A DNA stretch of 14,937 nt, from positions 296,430-311,366 of the forward strand of contig JAQGDQ010000270.1 of the NCBI GenBank assembly GCA_030141605.1. Reading direction: 5' to 3'. The notes below the pieces were generated by a model, which saw only the letters and a list, made by a program, of their open reading frames with translations, was not told the origin of the DNA and searched no databases. How positions within the stretch are numbered: position 1 is the stretch's first letter; each line of letters begins with the position of its first letter. The stretch is from Tubiluchus corallicola. Taxonomy: Eukaryota > Animalia > Priapulida. Below are positions 7,699 through 14,937 of the stretch, piece after piece. The translations under genes were made by a program, and so were the position numbers.

Positions 7699-8985
7699 AT
7701 GGAATTGACAAGAGGAGATATTGAGATAATGGCCCCAGTTGGGTCATATGAGTCGTTGATGGCTGCGATACAGGCAGGTACAGATTCTGTATATTTTGGT
7801 GTTGAGAAGTTAAATATGAGGGGTCGCTCAACGTACAACTTTTCACTAGAGGATATGAAGAAGATTGTTTATCTGTCTGGTGAAGCGGGTGTTAAAACAT
7901 ACCTGACACTGAATACAGTAGTTTTTGATGAGGAGCTACTGAAGGTAAAGGAGATAGTCAAGTCAGCAAAGGCAGCGGGTGTTAGTGCTATAATAGCTGC
8001 CGACATGGGTGTTATAAGCTACTGTTTGAGTGAGGGCGTTGAGGTTCATATGTCAACACAGGTAAATATAACTAATTTTGAAGAGGTGAAGTTTTATTCC
8101 CGGTTTGCCGATGTTATGGTGATGGCCAGGGAGATGAGCCTTGAAAAGATTAGGGAGATATCAGAAAAGATAGAGACGAACAATATTTTGGGTCCCTCCG
8201 GGAAGTTGACCAAACTTGAAATATTTGTTCATGGCGCTCTCTGTATGGCAATATCTGGAAAGTGTTATTTATCGTTACATGAGATGCGCCAGTCTGCAAA
8301 TAGAGGTTCGTGTATGCAACTGTGTCGCAGAGCATATAGCGTTGTTGATAAAGAGACAGGGAAAGAGTTTGAGGTGGACAACGAATACATAATGTCTCCC
8401 AAAGATGTCAAGACTATACATTTTCTGAATAAAGTCCTTGATTCTGGTGTTAAGGTGCTTAAGATTGAGGGTAGAGCAAGAAGCCCTGAGTATGTTAAAA
8501 CCACTGTTGAGTGTTATAGAGAGGCAGTTGATTCTTATTTTGATGGTTCATTTTCAGATAGTAAGATAAAGGAGTGGGACAGTCGGCTTGCTGCTGTTTT
8601 TAACCGTGGCTTCTGGGATGGTTATTATTTGGGACAGCGTTTGGGTGAGTGGAGTAGTAGTTACGGTTCAGAGGCTACTACCAGAAAGTTGTATATAGGA
8701 AAAGGTACAAATTATTTTACTAAATTAGGAGTTGCAGAGTTTAAGCTGGAAACAGGTAGCTTAAAAATAGGTGATGAGGTCATGATAACTGGTCCTACAA
8801 CAGGGGTTATACAAACGAAAGTTAAGGAGATGAGGGTTGATGACAAAGTTGTAAGCGAGGCAGAAAAGGGGGAGTTTGTTTCGATCTTAACAGGTGTGAA
8901 AATCAGAAGGTCGGATAAGCTGTTTAAAGTGGTTTATGTTTCACAAACAGATGGTGATGGAGGTGGGGTGCCTTTAACAAGTTAA
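7699..8985 (+). CDS. Peptidase U32 family protein (PrtC/TrhP-like, probable Fe-S-dependent RNA hydroxylation factor)
   Basis: 428 aa. EIMAPVG, AGTDSVYFG, HMSTQ, EIFVHGALCMAISGKCYLS...NRGSCMQLCR (four-Cys motif), SPKD, LKIEGR, and a C-terminal beta-rich domain. Confidence 0.92.
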   Translation: MELTRGDIEIMAPVGSYESLMAAIQAGTDSVYFGVEKLNMRGRSTYNFSLEDMKKIVYLSGEAGVKTYLTLNTVVFDEELLKVKEIVKSAKAAGVSAIIAADMGVISYCLSEGVEVHMSTQVNITNFEEVKFYSRFADVMVMAREMSLEKIREISEKIETNNILGPSGKLTKLEIFVHGALCMAISGKCYLSLHEMRQSANRGSCMQLCRRAYSVVDKETGKEFEVDNEYIMSPKDVKTIHFLNKVLDSGVKVLKIEGRARSPEYVKTTVECYREAVDSYFDGSFSDSKIKEWDSRLAAVFNRGFWDGYYLGQRLGEWSSSYGSEATTRKLYIGKGTNYFTKLGVAEFKLETGSLKIGDEVMITGPTTGVIQTKVKEMRVDDKVVSEAEKGEFVSILTGVKIRRSDKLFKVVYVSQTDGDGGGVPLTS

Positions 8986-9116
8986 TAAGGATAGGTGTGC
9001 TGCAGGAGTGGTATTTAATCTTGCTTGGCCTACGTTTGTATAAGCGTAACCCTATTTGTAGTTGTATTTTTAGTGTTGATTTTTTAATGCAGGCTATTGA
9101 GAAACATAAATAGAAA

Positions 9117-11894
9117 GTGCCAATGAAAAGAAAGAATCTTAATGTACTGTTTATAGCGATAACAGTTTTGGGTATGCTGGTGGTATGGCTGTTTTTTAGC
9201 CGCGAGTCAAAGTATTTAGGGACATCTGCTTTCAGAGCCGTTCACGTTGATTCTCCTCTGTTTGCAAAGATATTGGATATTTGCTCATTTTCATCGGAGA
9301 TAGCTGAAAGCCCAATGTGGGAAGAGTTGTCATCCTTACCTGGATTGGGCGAGGTGTATTCTAATGTGAAACTAATTGATTCACTTATTTCTGTCAATGG
9401 CAGCATAGAAAAAATATTAAGGAAAAAGTCTTTGACGCTATCTGTTGGAGTTGAAGGGGAAAAAGATTTTAGCGTGTTGTATATATTGGAGCTGGATGGT
9501 ATTTCTGAGAGAGGTGATATAAAAACCTTTTTTGAAGAGATGTTTTCCGGGAATGATATAGCTGCGAGTAAGAGGGAGTATGAAAAGGCAACGATTTTTT
9601 CGTACGAGTGGACGGATGGTAATAGAAGAGAACATTTATCATATACAACTCATAAGGGGCTCTTGTTGTTCAGCAAAAGCCCTATAAGAGTTGATGAGGC
9701 CATAAGGCAATTAAACGCTAAGATGACGCTTTTTGATAATGAGAATTTTAATGTGGTGCATAAAACTGCCGGAGCAAAAGCTAACATAAATCTTTACCTG
9801 AACCATGAATCTTTTTCGCACCTTCTGTCGTTATGCGTGAATCGTTCGCGAGCCAAAAAGACAATGAATTTTTCAAATTATGCTTCCTGGACAGAGATAG
9901 ATGTTACTTTAAGGCCCAGGGAGGTGATGCTTAATGGGTTTACCTTTTCAAGCGGTTACTCCAATAGCTATATGAATGTTTTTTTATCCCAGACTCCCCG
10001 GAAGTTTACAATAGAGAGTGTATTGCCGGCAACAACATCATTTTTTTTGAGTTTAAATCTGAGTAACCCGAAAATGTGGTTTGATTCGTATGATGCTTTT
10101 CTTGGAGAGGATAGAAAGTCATATAACTATGAAGAGAGGGTGAGCAGGTTTAAGAAGCATACCAAAACAGACCCACGCGAGTTTATTATCGACAATGTGG
10201 ATGGGGAGGTAGGTATCGCGTTTTGTCATGACAGTTCTATTAAGCATGGAGAGGGACGATTTTTTATAGTAAAGACAAAGAGTGGGCAGAAGGCTGAGGA
10301 GTCGCTGAATGAGGTTTTGGAGAAAAGCAAGGATAAAAACATTGATAAATTAACAATTGATAAAGCATCGTTTGATGTTTATAAGTTTCCTGTGCATAAC
10401 TTTGGAGAGGTTGTTTTTGGTCCTATTTTTCATGCCGTATCTACAGAGTATGTGGCTTTTTGTAATAATTATATGGTTTTTGGTGATTCATTCAATTCAC
10501 TCTCCTATTTCATACGATCAAATGCACTATCGCATGAAGTTTTAGAAAATGATACAACTTATCGCAAGTTTAACAGGCAGTTTTCGCAAGCTTCTAATTT
10601 TTATTTATGGTGTGTTCCCGGCCACTCATTCTCTTTTTTGAAAGAGTTTCTTGATGATGGTGTAGTAAAACAGGTTGAGAAAAATATAGAGAGTCTTCGC
10701 AAAGTAGAGGCTGTGGGGTGGCAAATGGGAAAGGGCAAAGAGGGAGAAGGGATGGTATATAATAATGCGCTAATAAGATATAATCCCGACATGAGGGAGA
10801 AGCCACAGGCAGTGTGGAGAAGCCACCTTGGCAATCAAATTGAGTTTAAACCACAGTTTACAATAAACCATAACGATCGTGCGAATCGTGAAGTGATGGT
10901 GCAAGATGCGGATTATAAGTTATATCTGATAAGTAAGATTGGTAAGGTTCAGTGGTCGCCCATTAAGCTTAATGAGCCCATATTAAGCAAGATATACCAG
11001 ATAGATTATTATAAAAATGGAAAGCTTCAATATTTCTTTAATACACCTAATGCTCTGCATTTAATAGATCGAAACGGGAATTATGTTGAGAATTATCCAA
11101 TAAAGCTTAGAGAGAAGTCTACTAACGGAGTTGCTGTTTTTGATTATGACAATAGCAAGAATTATCGTTTTTGTGTTGCATGCAGTGATAAAAAGGTCTA
11201 TATGTACGATAAAAGAGGCAAGTTACTGCCGGGATGGGGCTTTGGAAAGACAGAGCATACAGTGTCTCGTCCCATCCAGCATCACAGAGTAGGAAGTAAA
11301 GATTACATTGTATTTTTTGACCTTAACAGAACTTATATATTGGATAGAAAAGGAAATGAGAGAGTCAGAACAAAGGCAAGTTTTACCCACTCCATGAGTA
11401 ATGATTTTACTTTCGAAAAAGGAAATGGTCCGGGAGCATCGAGGTTGGTAAAAACAGATAGTAAGGGAGATATTTATTTTCTCTATTTTGACGGCTCATT
11501 CGAAAAGAAAAAGATGCCAAAGTTTGGTTCTGGCCACTATTTCAGGTATGAAGATATTAATGCCGATGGAGAGAGAGATCTTATCTATATTGATAAAGAT
11601 ATGTTATCTGTTTTTAGGCATAATGGGAAGAAGCTATATGACAAGAAGTTTAGTTCGCCTATTTCTTTACCGATGCAGGTATATACTTTCCCCGGTGTTA
11701 AGAGAAGGATTGGTGTTGTAAATAAGGAGGAGCAGCGTATCTACCTTTTTAGTAGTGACGGTTCACAGTATAAAGGTTTTCCGCTTGATGGCTGTTCGGA
11801 GTTTAGCATTGGCGACCTAGGGTCGAGGAGTCATCGCTTCAATCTTATTGTAGGCTCGTCCGATGGCTTCTTATACAATTATGCTGTAAAGTAG
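9117..11894 (+). CDS. Large membrane-anchored protein of unknown function (DUF3352-like N-terminal region tentatively; probable C-terminal beta-propeller with FG-GAP-like motifs), copy 1
   Basis: 925 aa; the ATG at 9123 is a plausible true start. Basic N-terminus plus one TM segment (VLFIAITVLGMLVVWLFF). C-terminal repeats LIDRNGNYVENYP, MYDKRGKLLPGW, LFSSDGSQYKGFP, and a DINADGERD motif. Family call from memory, not a search. Confidence 0.75.
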   Translation: MPMKRKNLNVLFIAITVLGMLVVWLFFSRESKYLGTSAFRAVHVDSPLFAKILDICSFSSEIAESPMWEELSSLPGLGEVYSNVKLIDSLISVNGSIEKILRKKSLTLSVGVEGEKDFSVLYILELDGISERGDIKTFFEEMFSGNDIAASKREYEKATIFSYEWTDGNRREHLSYTTHKGLLLFSKSPIRVDEAIRQLNAKMTLFDNENFNVVHKTAGAKANINLYLNHESFSHLLSLCVNRSRAKKTMNFSNYASWTEIDVTLRPREVMLNGFTFSSGYSNSYMNVFLSQTPRKFTIESVLPATTSFFLSLNLSNPKMWFDSYDAFLGEDRKSYNYEERVSRFKKHTKTDPREFIIDNVDGEVGIAFCHDSSIKHGEGRFFIVKTKSGQKAEESLNEVLEKSKDKNIDKLTIDKASFDVYKFPVHNFGEVVFGPIFHAVSTEYVAFCNNYMVFGDSFNSLSYFIRSNALSHEVLENDTTYRKFNRQFSQASNFYLWCVPGHSFSFLKEFLDDGVVKQVEKNIESLRKVEAVGWQMGKGKEGEGMVYNNALIRYNPDMREKPQAVWRSHLGNQIEFKPQFTINHNDRANREVMVQDADYKLYLISKIGKVQWSPIKLNEPILSKIYQIDYYKNGKLQYFFNTPNALHLIDRNGNYVENYPIKLREKSTNGVAVFDYDNSKNYRFCVACSDKKVYMYDKRGKLLPGWGFGKTEHTVSRPIQHHRVGSKDYIVFFDLNRTYILDRKGNERVRTKASFTHSMSNDFTFEKGNGPGASRLVKTDSKGDIYFLYFDGSFEKKKMPKFGSGHYFRYEDINADGERDLIYIDKDMLSVFRHNGKKLYDKKFSSPISLPMQVYTFPGVKRRIGVVNKEEQRIYLFSSDGSQYKGFPLDGCSEFSIGDLGSRSHRFNLIVGSSDGFLYNYAVK

Positions 11895-11936
11895 GAGAAG
11901 GTCAATGGTTGCAGGCGCATGAGTACGCTATGCTTT

Positions 11937-11958
11937 AGTGCTAAAAGAAAAGCACTTT
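11937..11958 (+). terminator. Weak hairpin after the 925-aa gene (also repeated at 14883-14904)
   Basis: AGTGCT - 8-nt loop - AGCACT, followed by only a short T tract. Confidence 0.25.
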
Positions 11959-11997
11959 CAAGAAAATATTTCATATTTTTGAAGTTTGTTGTTCTAA

Positions 11998-14937
11998 ATT
12001 TGTAGTTGTATTTTTTTAGTGTTGATTTTTTAATGCAGGCTATTGAGAAACATAAATAGAAAGTGCCAATGAAAAGAAAGAATCTTAATGTACTGTTTAT
12101 AGCGATAACAGTTTTGGGTATGCTGGTGGTATGGCTGTTTTTTAGCCGCGAGTCAAAGTATTTAGAGACATCTGCTTTCAGAGCCGTTCACGTTGATTCT
12201 CCTCTGTTTGCAGAGATATTGGATATTTGCTCATTTTCATCGGAGATAGCTGAAAGCCCAATGTGGGAAGAGTTGTCATCCTTACCTGGATTGGGCGAGG
12301 TGTATTCTAATGTGAAACTAATTGATTCACTTATTTCTGTCAATGGCAGCATAGAAAAAATATTAAGGAAAAAGTCTTTGACGCTATCTGTTGGAGTTGA
12401 AGGGGAAAAAGATTTTAGCGTGTTGTATATATTGGAGCTGGATGGTATTTCTGAGAGAGGTGATATAAAAACCTTTTTTGAAGAGATGTTTTCCGGGAAT
12501 GATATAGCTGCGAGTAAGAGGGAGTATGAAAAGGCAACGATTTTTTCGTACGAGTGGACGGATGGTAATAGAAGAGAACATTTATCATATACAACTCATA
12601 AGGGGCTCTTGTTGTTCAGCAAAAGCCCTATAAGAGTTGATGAGGCCATAAGGCAATTAAACGCTAAGATGACGCTTTTTGATAATGAGAATTTTAATGT
12701 GGTGCATAAAACTGCCGGAGCAAAAGCTAACATAAATCTTTACCTGAACCATGAATCTTTTTCGCACCTTCTGTCGTTATGCGTGAATCGTTCGCGAGCC
12801 AAAAAGACAATGAATTTTTCAAATTATGCTTCCTGGACAGAGATAGATGTTACTTTAAGGCCCAGGGAGGTGATGCTTAATGGGTTTACCTTTTCAAGCG
12901 GTTACTCCAATAGCTATATGAATGTTTTTTTATCCCAGACTCCCCGGAAGTTTACAATAGAGAGTGTATTGCCGGCAACAACATCATTTTTTTTGAGTTT
13001 AAATCTGAGTAACCCGAAAATGTGGTTTGATTCGTATGATGCTTTTCTTGGAGAGGATAGAAAGTCATATAACTATGAAGAGAGGGTGAGCAGGTTTAAG
13101 AAGCATACCAAAACAGACCCACGCGAGTTTATTATCGACAATGTGGATGGGGAGGTAGGTATCGCGTTTTGTCATGACAGTTCTATTAAGCATGGAGAGG
13201 GACGATTTTTTATAGTAAAGACAAAGAGTGGGCAGAAGGCTGAGGAGTCGCTGAATGAGGTTTTGGAGAAAAGCAAGGATAAAAACATTGATAAATTAAC
13301 AATTGATAAAGCATCGTTTGATGTTTATAAGTTTCCTGTGCATAACTTTGGAGAGGTTGTTTTTGGTCCTATTTTTCATGCCGTATCTACAGAGTATGTG
13401 GCTTTTTGTAATAATTATATGGTTTTTGGTGATTCATTCAATTCACTCTCCTATTTCATACGATCAAATGCACTATCGCATGAAGTTTTAGAAAATGATA
13501 CAACTTATCGCAAGTTTAACAGGCAGTTTTCGCAAGCTTCTAATTTTTATTTATGGTGTGTTCCCGGCCACTCATTCTCTTTTTTGAAAGAGTTTCTTGA
13601 TGATGGTGTAGTAAAACAGGTTGAGAAAAATATAGAGAGTCTTCGCAAAGTAGAGGCTGTGGGGTGGCAAATGGGAAAGGGCAAAGAGGGAGAAGGGATG
13701 GTATATAATAATGCGCTAATAAGATATAATCCCGACATGAGGGAGAAGCCACAGGCAGTGTGGAGAAGCCACCTTGGCAATCAAATTGAGTTTAAACCAC
13801 AGTTTACAATAAACCATAACGATCGTGCGAATCGTGAAGTGATGGTGCAAGATGCGGATTATAAGTTATATCTGATAAGTAAGATTGGTAAGGTTCAGTG
13901 GTCGCCCATTAAGCTTAATGAGCCCATATTAAGCAAGATATACCAGATAGATTATTATAAAAATGGAAAGCTTCAATATTTCTTTAATACACCTAATGCT
14001 CTGCATTTAATAGATCGAAACGGGAATTATGTTGAGAATTATCCAATAAAGCTTAGAGAGAAGTCTACTAACGGAGTTGCTGTTTTTGATTATGACAATA
14101 GCAAGAATTATCGTTTTTGTGTTGCATGCAGTGATAAAAAGGTCTATATGTACGATAAAAGAGGCAAGTTACTGCCGGGATGGGGCTTTGGAAAGACAGA
14201 GCATACAGTGTCTCGTCCCATCCAGCATCACAGAGTAGGAAGTAAAGATTACATTGTATTTTTTGACCTTAACAGAACTTATATATTGGATAGAAAAGGA
14301 AATGAGAGAGTCAGAACAAAGGCAAGTTTTACCCACTCCATGAGTAATGATTTTACTTTCGAAAAAGGAAATGGTCCGGGAGCATCGAGGTTGGTAAAAA
14401 CAGATAGTAAGGGAGATATTTATTTTCTCTATTTTGACGGCTCATTCGAAAAGAAAAAGATGCCAAAGTTTGGTTCTGGCCACTATTTCAGGTATGAAGA
14501 TATTAATGCCGATGGAGAGAGAGATCTTATCTATATTGATAAAGATATGTTATCTGTTTTTAGGCATAATGGGAAGAAGCTATATGACAAGAAGTTTAGT
14601 TCGCCTATTTCTTTACCGATGCAGGTATATACTTTCCCCGGTGTTAAGAGAAGGATTGGTGTTGTAAATAAGGAGGAGCAGCGTATCTACCTTTTTAGTA
14701 GTGACGGTTCACAGTATAAAGGTTTTCCGCTTGATGGCTGTTCGGAGTTTAGCATTGGCGACCTAGGGTCGAGGAGTCATCGCTTCAATCTTATTGTAGG
14801 CTCGTCCGATGGCTTCTTATACAATTATGCTGTAAAGTAGGAGAAGGTCAATGGTTGCAGGCGCATGAGTACGCTATGCTTTAGTGCTAAAAGAAAAGCA
14901 CTTTCAAGAAAATATTTCATATTTTTGAAGTTTGTTG
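11998..14937 (+). repeat. Tandem duplication copy 2, running to the window end
   Basis: Identical by eye to copy 1 except T5 versus T7 (12011-12017), G9220 to A12166 and A9267 to G12213. Confidence 0.95.
12063..14840 (+). CDS. Large membrane-anchored protein of unknown function, copy 2 (G35E and K51E relative to copy 1)
   Basis: 925 aa, identical to 9117-11894 apart from two substitutions in the supplied translations. Confidence 0.7.
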   Translation: MPMKRKNLNVLFIAITVLGMLVVWLFFSRESKYLETSAFRAVHVDSPLFAEILDICSFSSEIAESPMWEELSSLPGLGEVYSNVKLIDSLISVNGSIEKILRKKSLTLSVGVEGEKDFSVLYILELDGISERGDIKTFFEEMFSGNDIAASKREYEKATIFSYEWTDGNRREHLSYTTHKGLLLFSKSPIRVDEAIRQLNAKMTLFDNENFNVVHKTAGAKANINLYLNHESFSHLLSLCVNRSRAKKTMNFSNYASWTEIDVTLRPREVMLNGFTFSSGYSNSYMNVFLSQTPRKFTIESVLPATTSFFLSLNLSNPKMWFDSYDAFLGEDRKSYNYEERVSRFKKHTKTDPREFIIDNVDGEVGIAFCHDSSIKHGEGRFFIVKTKSGQKAEESLNEVLEKSKDKNIDKLTIDKASFDVYKFPVHNFGEVVFGPIFHAVSTEYVAFCNNYMVFGDSFNSLSYFIRSNALSHEVLENDTTYRKFNRQFSQASNFYLWCVPGHSFSFLKEFLDDGVVKQVEKNIESLRKVEAVGWQMGKGKEGEGMVYNNALIRYNPDMREKPQAVWRSHLGNQIEFKPQFTINHNDRANREVMVQDADYKLYLISKIGKVQWSPIKLNEPILSKIYQIDYYKNGKLQYFFNTPNALHLIDRNGNYVENYPIKLREKSTNGVAVFDYDNSKNYRFCVACSDKKVYMYDKRGKLLPGWGFGKTEHTVSRPIQHHRVGSKDYIVFFDLNRTYILDRKGNERVRTKASFTHSMSNDFTFEKGNGPGASRLVKTDSKGDIYFLYFDGSFEKKKMPKFGSGHYFRYEDINADGERDLIYIDKDMLSVFRHNGKKLYDKKFSSPISLPMQVYTFPGVKRRIGVVNKEEQRIYLFSSDGSQYKGFPLDGCSEFSIGDLGSRSHRFNLIVGSSDGFLYNYAVK

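Larger units (their letters stand above)
9054..11991 (+). repeat. Tandem duplication copy 1 (about 2.94 kb: whole 925-aa gene plus flanks)
   Basis: Matches 11998-14937 at offset 2944 before a T-run indel and 2946 after it. Confidence 0.95.

Noticed and set aside
1447-14667. Short alternative-frame and antisense ORFs (for example 1447-1668, 2047-2247, 2943-3218, 3399-3734, 5785-6438, 7073-7381, 8150-8504, 9438-11721 and their duplicates)
   Set aside because: They overlap well-supported genes, have no recognisable motifs, and look like shadow ORFs.
9054-14937. 2.94-kb repeat as a DGR or antigenic-variation cassette system
   Set aside because: Only two substitutions (one G to A, one A to G), no reverse transcriptase or recombinase, and the repeat covers the whole gene rather than a variable cassette.
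6832-14937. Apparent G-over-C excess on the + strand as a sign of foreign DNA
   Set aside because: It spans housekeeping genes and is explained by ordinary replication or coding-strand skew; not quantified.

Overview
AT-rich chromosomal window, most likely from a Bacteroidota (Bacteroidales-like) genome, judged from TAnnTTTG promoter elements, A-rich starts without Shine-Dalgarno sites, and gene content. Gene order: TonB-dependent receptor (-) preceded by a 117-aa leader ORF with an N-terminal hydrophobic segment and a C-terminal PIPPP motif; SDR oxidoreductase (+); LysE translocator (-); cytoplasmic REC-HisKA-HATPase hybrid kinase; rdgB; a U32-family protein; and a 925-aa membrane-anchored protein with a probable beta-propeller C-terminus. 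There are two direct duplications. The first is 816 bp (3638-4453 / 4479-5294), joined by a 25-bp fold-back insert that marks template switching or a chimeric-read assembly artefact. The second is about 2.94 kb (9054-11991 / 11998-window end), and every difference I found between its copies lies in the first ~220 bp. The best biological lead is the leader ORF, a candidate ribosome-arrest peptide regulating the TonB receptor. I saw no CRISPR array, tRNA, rRNA or transposase. All family calls come from motif recognition, not database searches.
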